Source: an uncultured Gemmatimonadales bacterium (GTDB taxonomy: Bacteria > Gemmatimonadota > Gemmatimonadetes > Longimicrobiales > Gaopeijiaceae). From it: 64,000 nt of DNA. A program made the translations under genes and the position numbers. The DNA lies in the NCBI GenBank assembly GCA_963809895.1, contig CAWELD010000004.1, forward strand, positions 1-64,000. Reading direction: 5' to 3'. This document shows positions 1-11,555 of this stretch, piece after piece. Within the stretch, counting starts at the first letter, position 1; each line of letters opens with the position of its first letter. Under the pieces are notes generated by a model, which did no database searches, was not told the origin of the DNA, and was given only the letters and a program-made list of their open reading frames with translations.

Positions 1-3000
1 AAGAGGGCACGTAGAGATCTATCGTTCCGCACCGCGGGAGCTACAAGTACCCGCCAGAGGCTCCCCCAGAAGGTGGTCGCCTCAACCTCGGGAAGAAGAG
101 GAGCCGCCCCGTCCCGCGCGCCCAGGCTCGTCGCCGCATCGGAGAGGAGCGCGAATGTATGCACCATCTCACGGCCGAAGCTCCGCAAGATCGTCAGGTT
201 CCCAGGCGACTCGGCCAGCTGGTTGCGGCCCACGTCGAGCTCGAACGGGCCGTTCAGGCAGAAGCCTGCCCCGCGAGGCGTCTCTCGTGGGTGCGCCTGC
301 CCACAGGACCGGCACGTTCTCGGGCAGGGGCTTCACCCCGTTTGACCCGAGAGCAAGAGCCATCGTAAAGGAGGGCGAGCGGAGCACGAGGTAGTGCGTT
401 CCCCAGAGGGGGCTCGACCCCGGGCTCTCCCGGTGTATGTGCCACGGATACGGAGCATCCCGGGCCCCGGCAGCAACGACCACTTCGTGGAGAGCGGCGT
501 CGTCCGTGCTCTCTCCACGCTGGATCGAACATCTCTCGATATGCCGAGAGAAGATCAACAGGAGAGGAAGGAGTGGGGCGAAGTCACCGACGCCCGATCG
601 GCGTCATCCGCAGCTCGGCTCGAAGCGGGAGATGGATCGTCGGTGGCGCCCCGCAGGCGCTCTCCTCGCCAGCGGCATCCGCTCGCAATCGGCTGCTCGT
701 TCGGGCGGGAGAGGGACGGGGAAGAACCCTCCTCTCACCTCGAACGCCAGGTCGCCGCTCGCGACCTGTGGGCGGTCGGTGAGGAAGAAGACCGACTTGA
801 ATCCGAGACCGAACTTGCCTGTGACGAGCTCCTCCCTCTCGCCTTTGTCGGACGAATTCAGGATCAACATCTTCTTCAGGTCCTTGTCGTACCCCCGTTC
901 GCCGTCCGGTCTCCGGCGGGAACTGTCCCAGCGCGAATGCGTTGATCGGGCGGCCCCAGTGGCGGATCTGGAGCGCCCCGGATCCAAGAACGACTTCCAT
1001 GCTGCGGGACTCGCGGGGCGTCTGCTCCCCGAGCATGTCCTCCAGTTCGGCTGCCGCGTCGTCCGCGTTCTGAAAGAGCTCGAACAGGACCGACGTCGCG
1101 GAATACTGATAGTCCGATAGCTTCGACCGTATGCGGCCGAGCACAGCCGCCTGCACTCGATCGTCTTCAGTCAACAGGGACTGCAGGTCTTCCGTCAAAG
1201 CGTCCAGCTTCTCCTGGATCTCCCGGAGCTTCCCTGCGGACGCGCTTCCGCCACTGCTCTTCAACTCAACCCGTTGATCCGTCAGTGTCTCGTATTCGCG
1301 CAGGACGGGCTCCAACCCCGCAAGCTGTCGGTCCCCGAGTTGCTGGAAGTAGAACCAGGCGTTCTGGAGGAGCTGCGCTTGGGTGATGTCCAGGGCGAGC
1401 TGGCCTCCCTCCTCCAATTCGGACCACCAGCGAGACAGGTCGTGTCGCTGGGCGTACACGTCCTTGAGGAGGATCCTGGCCGAGTTCTGCAGCACCTCAG
1501 CTGCGGCGCGCTCTCGACAGATCGCGCGGTCGAAAGCTCCGGAGGGTGACCACCCGCGTGCGTTTCTCCGGCAGGCGATACTGCCGGGGCGGTTCAAGCC
1601 AGAGGGACCCGACAAAGATGCTGTCGACGCTTCCCCCGATCGGAGCACGGAACCATTCGCCGAGGAGGTTGGGCACCCGAGCCGTGGACTCCTGATCGGC
1701 GATCCTGAAGGCGAAGCGCTGGCGCTCCATCGATTCCGCCACGCTCTCGTCGACCGACTTTCCCGAGGGCTATGGGCTGCCACTCAAGCTGTGCCCGAAC
1801 GCCCTCGACGGAGCGAGGGTTCAGGAAGGCGTCTGCCGCCCGGAGGATCTCTTCGTCGTCTCCGAAGAGGGCGAGGAGCGCTCCCAACTGGCCCCTGGGC
1901 ACCAGGTTCTCCCAATTCCGCATGTAGTTGATCAGGATCGACGAGTCGAACCGAGCGGGTCGAGCTCGGGTATCCTCTTCCTCGGCATCGCGGGGCGCCG
2001 TTCGCCTCCGGAAGACGTTCCACGAGAGGGAGTCGACCAGAGAGCCTGGGTCGATTCCCTCTTCGTCCCGACACAGCCGTGACGTCGGCACCAGTTCCCC
2101 TCGCCGATTGGGCAATTCGAGACCGGCCAACGCATCCCGTCCCCCCTGCCGAACGAGGGTGCCCACATAAGCAGGCGAGCACCCGAAGGCGCTCGGGCTC
2201 GACACGGAGTCGGTCGTCGGCGATCGCCTCTCCCAGCGACGCCACGCACAGGGTGACGCATCTCGATGGGGAGCGCCTGCCGAATGTTCACCAAGACCTT
2301 GTCGGCGACTACCTGATGATCCCCGTCGAAGGCATCCACGAGTCTGCTCAGGAGCGGAATCACCGGAAGGACATGATCCGGCACTCCCGAGAAGGCGGTC
2401 AGCAGGATCCGGAGTGTGTCGGCTCCCGCGGGGAGTTCGGCGAGCTGCCCCACTCGATAGGCCGGAACCTCCGCTAGGCACATCGCGAGCACCTCGAGGC
2501 TTGCTCGACGATCGGGCAGAACCTTCAGACTGCGTAGCCTTCCCAGCGCAGAGTGCTCCTTCACGTCCGTGTGGAGATCGGCCAGGGACGTGAAGGCGCC
2601 TGCCAACCTTTCGTCAGCCAGCAGCCGCTGCGCTTCGTCGTCCAACCCTTCGATTCCGATCACGTCTCCGGGGCGAACGGGACTCCCCTCTGCCGTGAGC
2701 AGCCAAGACTCGTCGCGCAGCTGATCCAGCAGGTGGAAGGGAGGGGACCGCTCTGCGTCATCGTTGAAGGCGTCGAGCATCTCAAGGCAGAAGCGCGACG
2801 GCTCCTCGTGTGCCAGCCGCGATGCTCAAAGCGCTGCAGTCGGACTCCACGGCTCGAGCCCCTCTCTCTTCGTACCTGCGCTCGAGTTCCGGATGGCCTC
2901 GGGCCTGGATCAAGCATCGCATGGGCTTGGATTCCGGGGCCCCCGTCATACCCAGAGGCGAGGAACGCGGTCGCGGGGTCGAGTTCGACGCAGTCTCCCG

Positions 3001-5850
3001 ACAGTGGTTCGGTGCAGGGGCAGCTTCCACCAGATATCGGGGTCTTCGAGGTCGACCAGAAGCGAGACCTTGTCCTCGTCCGAGAGCGGGACGTCGCGGA
3101 CCCATTCCGTGCCCGCTGAACGAAGCAGATCCTCGACCGCTCGCCGGTCCACTTCGGTCAGGCTGTACGTTTCGTTGTTCGTTCCGCGTCAGGCAGCGCC
3201 AGAGATCGTCCGGCACCCACCGCCACTCCTGCATCGAGTTGCCGAAGCGCCTCCTCGGCCAACCGGGCGAGGTGCCCGCCCCGTTCGCCGGGCGTGGTGA
3301 GAAGCGGGGTCTCCAGGTCTCAGACCTGCTCCGGCATTGCCGTGGAGCAGGTATCGGATCGCGGCGCGCTTGCGGAGCCGAATCGGTGCCCGCCGCTTTG
3401 AGTCGCTCCACGAAGGTCGACACGATGTCGCCGGTCTCGCGAGAGCGGGCGGAATGTCGGCCGTAAGGAGCGCGATACAGGCATCGGCATCACATGTCGG
3501 GGTCTTCGCTCGATCCGAACAGGGTTTCGAACGGCCTTGATCCCTTGGGGGCATAGAGGCTGTAGAGGCCTGTACCATCGAGAGACCTTCTGGAGCGCCC
3601 TGAGCAGCGGAGAGCCGCTTCTGAACAGGCGCCCCTCGTTAAAGAGCTGAACCAACGCCTTCCAGTCCTGACGCTGTCGCCCTCGTCCGAACCATCGCGG
3701 GCCAGCCAGACGCGCATGTTCCCGAGGGCCTTGAGCTTCTCCTCCCTGGCCGCTCTGTTGCCTCCAGGATGCGAAGGGCGAGGGCCGATGTCCGCTCGAG
3801 CGGTCGTTGGTCAGCGGTGTTCTCCAGCCAGTGGAAGATCGGTCTCGGCATCCTCGAGGGGCAGAGATGACGCCTCGCGGCCAGAGAGGGATCAGGCGGC
3901 ACAAGGTGCGAGGGAATCAGCGCGACCGAGAGATCCAACTGGTTGATCTCCCGGAACTGGGGAAGAGCCTCCGTCTCGATCGGACCCACACTGACCCAGG
4001 AGCCCGCCACGACTTCCAGGAAGGAGGACGAAGGCCTTCCCCGCCCGCTCGAAGCGCGGGAATTCCGAGCTCCGCGATCGCCGCCCGGAGCTTCTCGGAC
4101 ATCCGAGCGTTCGCCTCGGGAGGCAGGGGCTCTTCTTCCCGCAGGAGCTCGGTCAGCAGGGCCAGCGCATCGGGGTCCGCCAAGAAGGCTTGGCTCGATC
4201 GAATCGAGGAGGGAAGCGAGGAGCCGCTGTCCTCGCTCCAGCGGTGCGCGAGGTGCCTGTCAGGATTGGGGTACGGCGCCCACCACGAGCTCCCGCTCGC
4301 AGATGTCCGCAAGCGCTGCCGAAGAGCCGATAGGCCAGCGGACGCCGTCCTTCCAGGGCGGGGAACGTGAAGTACCGCGTGGCCGCTCCACGAGCCGCCA
4401 ACTGGGGGTGCTCTTCCCGCCGGCGTCGAGCGGTGCCACCCACCAATGCTCGGAGCAGATATCGGAGCGGTGCTTCAACGAAGAAGTCCGTCCGCTGCAG
4501 CGCGCTGGTGACGGCGGTGATCTCCGCCGATTCCGGCTCCCACTGTTCGACAAACTCGGCGAGGGCTCTGGGAATCAGCGGCAGAACGCCAGTGTTCAGC
4601 AGACAGGTCGATTCCACCGGTTCTGGATGTCGTCCGGCGTCCTTGCTCTTGTAGAGGTTGTGACGACCCGCATCGAGAAAGAACTGGCCGTGCAAGAGAA
4701 GGTCATAGGCGCCCCCGAAGCGGCCCCTCAACGCTGAGCCCGCTGGCCACCTGACAGAGGGAGGAACACCGTATTCACGATCGAGAGGCGGCCCTCAGCG
4801 CCCGGCCGGTGGGTGAGGACAACCGCGCAGTGGGGCTCACCCTTCTCCTGCAGCTGCGTTCTCCCCTCTTTCGCGTCCCAGGTGTAGTTCTTGGGCCACT
4901 GTGGGTCCGCCTTCAGGGTCTGGAAACCAGGGTCATCGAGGAGCCGCTCGACGCCGCTGCTCAGGAGCATCGGTCATTCCGCATCGGAGCGATCGGACAC
5001 GGACAGAAGGAGGACACATTCCTCTCCCGCAGACAGAGTTTGGAGGCGGAGCCGTAGGCGCGCCTTCGGGCTGGTGGCGATCATCCACCGCCGCGCTCTC
5101 GACCTTCGAAAGGCCGGCGCCGAACGATCCCTCCCAGACCGTCATCTCGCGCACCGTTCTGAGAAGCGGCATAAGGCCCACGAGGGACGACGAGGTCCAG
5201 TCGCTCCGTACGGCCTCCACGTCCGGAAACTGTCCCTGGACGATGGCCTCGGCACCCGCGAGGTGCTCGGGTCGTCGAAGCGGTATGAGCAGGCAGAACC
5301 AGCGGTCGGCAGCCGTGCTCCCAACGGCGGATGATGTCGAGGATTGCTGACTCGGCCGCGTTCGAGATCCTGCCAGTCGTCATGGGGGCCACCCTCCTCC
5401 CATGGGTTCAGAGAGACTCACGAACGGTGACTGCTCCGACCCCTCGTGATTGGCGGCGAAGAAGATCCCTTCGCACAGATGAAAGAGGCTCTTCATCCCC
5501 AGCCGTACTTCCCGATCGCGCCAGCCTCGCCTCCCTTCGCCCCCTCGTCCAGCCTTGCGATCCCCTCCTTGTCGACCGGTCGGAACACGCCATCGTTCAG
5601 GATCATCAGCGTGTGGGACCGCTAAGAAGCGGGTGTACGTCGGGAGGCCAATCGCCCAGCATGGCGAAATGCAGACGCTCAGCACCGGCGTCATCAGCGT
5701 TCTGAACAACCTCACTCAGGATCGATGGGACGGAGTACTGGTCCCGAAGGATCCGGCGGAGTTCCTGAACCGGATTGGACTTCAGGTAGGTCACACGGGA
5801 AGGGGACGAAGCCACCTCGAGGCTCCTGCGGCTAAGGGACGATTGGGACA
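1..5850 (-). CDS. Large sacsin-like protein with two GHKL (Hsp90-like) ATPase modules; multiply frameshifted; 3' end beyond the window
   Basis: Module 1 (~5790-5440): 'ILRDQYSVPSILSEVVQNADDAGA', then across frameshifts 'ILNDG...IGKYGWGMKSLFHLCE'. Module 2 (~1130-700): 'YQYSATSVLFELFQNADDA...IRHWGRPIN...LNSSDK...TGKFGLGFKSVFFLTDRPQVASG'. Minus-strand ORF fragments tile the interval between them. Confidence 0.75.
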
Positions 5851-5915
5851 ACCAATCTAGTGTAGTGCCATGACCCCGCGCAGCCGAACCCATCGCTCCT
5901 GCAATGTTCGCCCCC

Positions 5916-6401
5916 CTACCCCCGCTCCAGCACATCAAACACCAGATGCAGCAGCTCCTCGGGATCGTCCGTGATCCCGAACGCCCCCTTCGGCACCCCC
6001 TTCGACTCCTCCACATCGCGCACGTAGAAGATCACCGGCACCGCCCGCCCCGCCGCGCGTAGCGCCTGCAGCCCCTTCACGCCCGCCTGGGGATCCCCCC
6101 CGCGCGCGATGTCCGACAGGATCAGGTCGACGCGCCCGCCCCCCAGGAGCTTCGCCGCCTCCTGGGTGCTCCGCGCGTGGAGCACCCGGGCGCCCAGACC
6201 CTCCAGCATGGCGGTCTCGTGGGCCACGGACTCCGGACGGTCGTCCACCCACAGGATGCGCGCGCCCCGGGCCACGTCCATGCGCTCCCGCGCACGCCGC
6301 AGGACCGACGACGCCTCTGGCGCCTGCAACCGCGGCTCCAGGCGGTCGAACATCATGCCTGCGGCGGGGACGGATTTGGCCAACGCTCGGTACGGGCGCA
6401 C
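5916..6401 (-). CDS. Receiver (REC) domain; probably the C-terminal part of the TetR gene
   Basis: 'RILWVDD...DLILSDIAR...PVIFYV' receiver pattern. In the same frame as the TetR ORF, starting 13 codons after its TGA. Confidence 0.75.
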   Translation of the reverse strand: MRPYRALAKSVPAAGMMFDRLEPRLQAPEASSVLRRARERMDVARGARILWVDDRPESVAHETAMLEGLGARVLHARSTQEAAKLLGGGRVDLILSDIARGGDPQAGVKGLQALRAAGRAVPVIFYVRDVEESKGVPKGAFGITDDPEELLHLVFDVLERG

Positions 6402-6440
6402 GGCTCCCGCATCGCCGCCGGCGTGCTCAGCGGCTCCTCC

Positions 6441-7205
6441 TCATCCCCCGACGACCTTCGGCTCCACCACCTCCCCCCCCCGCGCCCTCCGCGCCCGCTC
6501 CAGGGCGGCGGCCACGTCCTGCAGCGCCTGACTCGACGCCGTCGTCAGGAAGTGGAGCGTGCGCTGGGCGAGTGTGTCGGGATCCTCGGTGCCGTCGGGG
6601 CGCGTGAGGCCCCACTGCTCGTCGATGGTCAGGGTGGCGACGCCGTGGAGCAGGGCCCACAGGGCGCCGGCCACCAGCGGGGCTTCGGCGTCGCGCTCGC
6701 TCTTGAGGTAGCCCGGGGCCTGCCGGCGGATGGCCTGCACCAGGGTGCGCTCCATGTGGGCATGGGCCGCGCTGAGCGCCTCGAGCTCGGGTCGCTCGGG
6801 GGATTCCTCGGCTGCCTGGAATCCCCCCTTACGAACCTCGCCCCCGACCTGGGGACCGAACATGAGGCGGAAGAGCCGGGGATTGTCGCGGGCGAAGGCG
6901 AGGTAGGCGGCGGCCAGGCGCTCGAGTCCCTCCTCGGGATGCCGGGCGCTCTCCAGCGCGCGGTCCAGGGCGCGGACCAGCGCGTCGAATCCCTCGGCGG
7001 CCACCGCCAGGCGGAGCGCCGCCAGCCCGCCGCCCTCCTCGGTCTTGCCGAAGACCAGGTAGGGCGCGGTGCGGCTCTTCCCCGCCCGCTCGGCGATCTT
7101 GCGCAGGTCCAGGCTGGTGTCGGGCTCGGCCAGGATCTCCCGGGCCGCGTCCAGCAGCAGCCTGCGGAGCTCGTTCTCGGGTCGGTTCCGGGGATCATCG
7201 GCCAT
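6441..7205 (-). CDS. TetR/AcrR-family transcriptional regulator (WHG-like C-terminal domain)
   Basis: 'LLDAAREILAE...LDLRKIAERAGKSRTAPY' HTH; 'AYLAFARDNPRLFRLMFG'; 'LWALLHGVATL'. Confidence 0.85.
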   Translation of the reverse strand: MADDPRNRPENELRRLLLDAAREILAEPDTSLDLRKIAERAGKSRTAPYLVFGKTEEGGGLAALRLAVAAEGFDALVRALDRALESARHPEEGLERLAAAYLAFARDNPRLFRLMFGPQVGGEVRKGGFQAAEESPERPELEALSAAHAHMERTLVQAIRRQAPGYLKSERDAEAPLVAGALWALLHGVATLTIDEQWGLTRPDGTEDPDTLAQRTLHFLTTASSQALQDVAAALERARRARGGEVVEPKVVGG

Positions 7206-7226
7206 GCGCAACGCTATCCGCCGTGC

Positions 7227-7267
7227 TTGACACCGTCAACCACCATGCCTAAGTTGACACCGTCAAC
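7227..7267. promoter_or_regulatory. Twin palindromic operators TTGAC-ACC-GTCAA between the divergent TetR and vWA genes
   Basis: TTGACACCGTCAAC occurs at 7227-7240 and 7254-7267, 27 bp apart. Each copy contains a TTGACA -35-like hexamer. Confidence 0.8.
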
Positions 7268-7297
7268 CTATCACGCCCGGGAACGGAGGGAATCCCC

Positions 7298-8558
7298 ATG
7301 AACGTCGACCTGCTCCTCGATCACGCGTCGCCCGACGCCTCCAGGCCCCTCACGGTCCGGGCCCTTCTGCGCATCACGGGAGAGACCCCCGAGGGCGCGT
7401 CCCATACGCCCATGAACCTGGCGCTGGTGCTGGACCGGAGCGGGTCCATGGCGGGACCCAAGCTCGACCAGGCCCGGGACGCCGCGACCCTGCTCATCCG
7501 CCGCATCTGGCCCGACGACGTGGTGTCGGCGGTGGCCTACGACGACGAGGTGCGCACGCTGGCGGCCGGCGCCACGGGTGAGGACCACGCCCAGGTGGCC
7601 GACGTGCTCGCCTTCATCGGGCCCGGCGGATGCACGAACCTGAGCGGCGGCTGGCTCCGCGGACGCGACCTGGTCCAGGACCACCTGGTCCCGGCCGGCG
7701 TGAACCGGGTCGTGCTCCTGACCGACGGGCTCGCGAATCGGGGGATCACCGATCCCCAGGCCCTCACCGAGCTCTGCCGGAGCGCCGCCAGGGCGGGCAT
7801 CACCACCACGACCATCGGCTTCGGCCAGGACTTCGACGAGGACCTGCTCCGGGCCATGGCCGACGCCGGTGGGGGCGCCGCGTACTACGTGGAGCGGCCC
7901 GACCAGGCCCCGGGCATCTTCGAGGAGGAGGTGGAGGGACTCCTGAGCCTGGCGGCCCAGAACGTCCAGGTCACCCTGGAGCCCGGCGCCGGCGCGGAGC
8001 TGGTGGCGGTGCGGCATTCGTATCCCACGACGCCCCTGGACTCGGGGGTCCGCCTCGAGGTCGGCGACCTCTACGCCCGGGAGCCCCGGCTGGTGCTGGT
8101 GGAGTTCCTCGTCTCCGCCACCGCGCCCGGCCAGGAGGTGGAGCTGGGCCGCATCCACATCGAGGGCCACGTGCTCTCGGGCGACGGCGCCGTGGAGCGG
8201 CGGACCATCGACCTCCCCCTGACCTTCACCCTGGAGGACGGTCCCCGGGTCGATGCCGAGGTCGCAGCGCGTCTCGCTCATGCTCGAGGCCGCCCGCGCC
8301 CGCGAAGAAGCGCTCGAGCGCCAGGAGAGGGGCGACTGGACCGGCGCCCGCGAGGTGCTGGAAGGCGCCGTCATGCTCCTCCGGGAGCAGGCGCCCGACG
8401 ACGAGGCCGCCCTGCGCGAGGCCCATGAGCTCCAGGAGGCCGCGACGAGCTTCCGTGACGAAGTCCTGTCCGCCGCCGACGTGAAGTACATGAAGCAGGC
8501 GGCGCACGACAACCGGCGCTCGCGGATGATGGTGCGGGAGAAGTATCGGCGGGGGTAG
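7298..8558 (+). CDS. von Willebrand factor A domain protein with helical C-terminal region (one frameshift near 8270)
   Basis: MIDAS motif 'LVLDRSGSM', 'LLTDGLAN', 'TIGFG'. GGAGG RBS upstream. C-terminus continues in the 8253..8558 frame. Confidence 0.85.
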
Positions 8559-8681
8559 GGGTAGGGGGCGCGTTCGGGCATGGCTTCGCCCGTGGGGCCG
8601 GGGCAGGATTCAGGGGTGGCTGGCGGCAGACGACTCGCGACGAGGTTTCTTGCGGCCGTGGCAAAAGTAGATCCTTGGCAG

Positions 8682-8735
8682 TTTGACCAAATGAGTTATT
8701 TTAACCGTGACACGTAAAATCTCCTATGAGTCAAA
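8682..8735. promoter_or_regulatory. AT-rich imperfect inverted repeat upstream of the AbiEi-like gene (probable autoregulatory operator)
   Basis: TTTGACCAAATGAGTTATTTTA ... TAAAATCTCCTATGAGTCAAA, ending directly before the ATG at 8736. Confidence 0.5.
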
Positions 8736-9806
8736 ATGCAGACAATCACCAGCGTCGAAGAGCAGGTGATCCGACGGCTCCGGGCCGCCGGAGATATCGA
8801 CGTGGAACCAGGAGGCCCCGACGATCTCGTCGTCGCGGTGCGAGGTGGGGAGGCGCGCGTGCGCCTGGAGATCAAGCACAGGTTCGACGGAGCGGTTCTC
8901 GACGAAATCGCGGTCCTCCCCCGGAACCTGAAGGAGCGCACGGTGCTGGCTGTACCTACGCTCTCCGCAAGGCGCCGCGAGGAACTCCGTACGCGCGGCA
9001 TCTCCTGGATCGAGTACCGGACAGGCCGGGTCCACCTGAGGGTGCCGGGCCTGGCGATCGAGCTTCCCGAGGCTGTCGGCTGCGCCGTCCGAGCCGGAGG
9101 CCGTACCGAGTCTTGCCGGAAAGGCCGGAATCGTCGTGGAGGCGCTGATCGACATGGGCCGCGAGCAGGAGGTCGTGGCTCAACCCGACATCGCCCGTCG
9201 GTCCGGGAGCACCCAAGCGTGGACGAGCCGCGTCTTCGCGAGCCTGGTCGACGTAGGAGCTCTCGAGGTGATCGGACGTGGGCCGCACAAGCAGTGGAGA
9301 CCGAACGTCGAGGAGCTTCTGGACCTGTGGATCGCCGACGGCGGCCCTGCCGCCGAGGTCACCGGTGCCTCCCTCTGGGCCCGCACACCCCAGGATCTCC
9401 TGCGGTCCCTGGCCGGGATCGGTGGGGCCGGTGTCGACTACGCGATCGCAGGCGTGGCTGCGGCGAATCTCCACGAGCCGACGCTGACCACCATTCCCCC
9501 CGTTGCCGACGTGTGGCTGCCGATCCTGACTCCGGTCGCAGGTCACCACTGCCCTCGGTGCGGAGATCATCGAGTCGGGGCCCAACATCTACTTCTGGCA
9601 GGCGTCGGGTGATCCCGCGCTACGGCTGGCAGGGCCTCTCCACCAGTTGGAGGAGCGCCGCACCTGCGGAGTTCCGACAGCTCCGCTTGGTGTCACCCGG
9701 CCGTGCCGTCGTCGAAGCTCTGCAGGACACCGGCCGCGCTCCAGAGGTCGGCGAGAACCTGCGACGGCGAATCATCAAAGAGGCGGAGGCTCATCGTGAC
9801 GGGTGA
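8736..9806 (+). CDS. AbiEi-like (type IV toxin-antitoxin) antitoxin / wHTH regulator; frameshifted
   Basis: 'LSARRREELRTRGISWIE..GRVHLRVPGLAI'; wHTH 'QPDIARRSGSTQAWTSRVFASLVDVG'; 'VEELLDLW'; 'YAIAGVAAANL'; C-terminal 'VSP...EAL...GRAPE'. Overlaps the downstream nucleotidyltransferase. Confidence 0.6.
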   Translation: MQTITSVEEQVIRRLRAAGDIDVEPGGPDDLVVAVRGGEARVRLEIKHRFDGAVLDEIAVLPRNLKERTVLAVPTLSARRREELRTRGISWIEYRTGRVHLRVPGLAIELPEAVGCAVRAGGRTESCRKGRNRRGGADRHGPRAGGRGSTRHRPSVREHPSVDEPRLREPGRRRSSRGDRTWAAQAVETERRGASGPVDRRRRPCRRGHRCLPLGPHTPGSPAVPGRDRWGRCRLRDRRRGCGESPRADADHHSPRCRRVAADPDSGRRSPLPSVRRSSSRGPTSTSGRRRVIPRYGWQGLSTSWRSAAPAEFRQLRLVSPGRAVVEALQDTGRAPEVGENLRRRIIKEAEAHRDG

Positions 9807-10704
9807 TCCGGCCAATCCCGGCCCGCCCGCGGTTCCGTCCGACTCGTACACGCCCGAGGCTCTGAGAGCATGTGAGAAGGCCCTCCGCACCATTGTCTCA
9901 CGGATAGGAAGGTGGGGCCCTCGGTTGATCTTGTTCGGCGGCTGGCTCCTCGGTACATCGTCCGATTCACCGCCGTCCGAGGTGGGATGAACATACAGGC
10001 ACCACTGATCTCGACGTGGTCTCGGGTGCGGAAATCGAAGTCGACGACGAAAGGGTCTACACGAAGCTCCAACAGGAACTCGGAGCCGCCGGGTTCACGG
10101 CGAGCACTGACGGTAGTTGGGCTTGGGAACGCCGCGTTGGAGGCGTTCGTGTAGTCCTGGAGTTCTTCTGTCCATTCAGGACGGCGGCGAGGCGGGGAGG
10201 CTCAAGAAGAACCCTGGAGGTGACGCAGGCTCGAGCATCTCGGCCATTCAGTTGCGCGGCGCCGAGATCGCAGGGACCGACTGCCGCTCGGTCAACCTCT
10301 CTGGTGAGGTGCTTGGACCACGGGGGCCGCCGTGATGTCAGGATTCGCGTAGTCAACATCCTACCGTTCCTCGTACTGAAGGCCTTCGCCCTCGAGAGCG
10401 GGACAAGGAAAAGGATGCCTACGATATCGTGTGGACGCTGAACGCGTTCGGAGAAGAAGGTCCGATCAGCGCAGCCGAGGCCGCTGCCGCCAGCCCTATC
10501 GCGGATTCCGACGAGGTGGAACCGGCGCTGGAAATCCTGCGCGACCGGTTCGGGCATCCCGACGCTCAGGGGCCCAGCAACTACGCGCGCTTCTTCCTCG
10601 GCGGACGGGACGACGCCGAGGACGAGCGGATGCGGCTCCGCCGTCAGGCACAGGGCACAGTCCGGGTGTTTCTCCAACGGTGGGAGGCGATCCGAGGAGC
10701 GTGA
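9796..10704 (+). CDS. Nucleotidyltransferase (AbiEii-like toxin); frameshifted
   Basis: Reconstructed across frames: 'LILFGG.APRYIV...HTGTTDLDVV' (GG...DxD) and 'FLVLKAFAL...KDAYDIVW'. Confidence 0.65.
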
Positions 10705-10931
10705 GGGAGGGCGTCATGATCCTCGCCTGCGAGGGGCGTCGGCGCCCCCCGCCGCGGATTTGCTCACGCGGGTCGCCGCCATCGTGCTGGAGAGCGAGGT
10801 GTTAAGGCTCCCGACTGTCGTGAAGACTCGGGGAGATCGCTCGCGAGTACACGAACGCGCCATGGATGGGTCCTGTGAAGCATCCGAATAGTATGATGAT
10901 GTCGTCGATGCCATCGCTTGGGGGAGTCCCG

Positions 10932-11178
10932 ATGACCCAAGACCAAGGTCGCCGTCACATTGGACAGCGAGATCCTCGAGGAAGCTCGACGCGCTTGTGG
11001 CGGAGCAGAAGTTCGCGAGCCGCAGTCAGGCCGTCGAAACGGCCGTTGCCGAAAAGCTCGAGCGCCTCGCGCATACTCGGCTCGCGCGCGAAGTCGCGCG
11101 AAGCTCGACCCGACGGAAGAGAAGGCGCTCGCCGAAGAGGGCATGGGCCTGGAGCTCGAGTCATGGCCCGAATACTGA
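10932..11178 (+). CDS. Ribbon-helix-helix (CopG-like) antitoxin; frameshifted
   Basis: Reconstructed 'KTKVAVTLDSEILE.LDALVAEQKFASRSQAVETAVAEKL...KLDPTEEKALAEEG...WPEY'. Overlaps the MazF start. Confidence 0.8.
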
Positions 11179-11492
11179 GAGGCGAGATCCGCTGGGCGAA
11201 CCTGGATCCCGCGCAGGGCCGGGAGCCGGCGGGCCAGCGTCCGGTCCTGATCCTCAGTCACGATGTCTTCAACGAGCGCTCGGGAATGGTGATCGCCCTC
11301 GCGCTGACGAGCCAGGAACCACGCGCGGGGTCCCCCTCACCTCGAGTCCACCAAGACATGCCCAAGCGGTCGTGGATGAAGATCAGTCAATGAACGCTGG
11401 CCACGGAACGGATTGGACGCCGGATCACGCGGGCATCCGCCGAGGAACTGGCGCGGGCCATCGAAGCCCTCAACGAGATTGTGGGGGGGTAG
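11163..11492 (+). CDS. mazF: PemK/MazF-family endoribonuclease toxin; frameshifted near 11330-11395
   Basis: 'RGEIRWANLDPAQGREPAGQRPVLILSHDVFN...ALTSQ...KISQ..TLATERIG'. Confidence 0.85.
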
Positions 11493-11555
11493 GGTCGGCT
11501 GAGAACCGCCGATTCATGGGCCAGCGAGGAATCCGATGCCACGGGCTCACGATCC

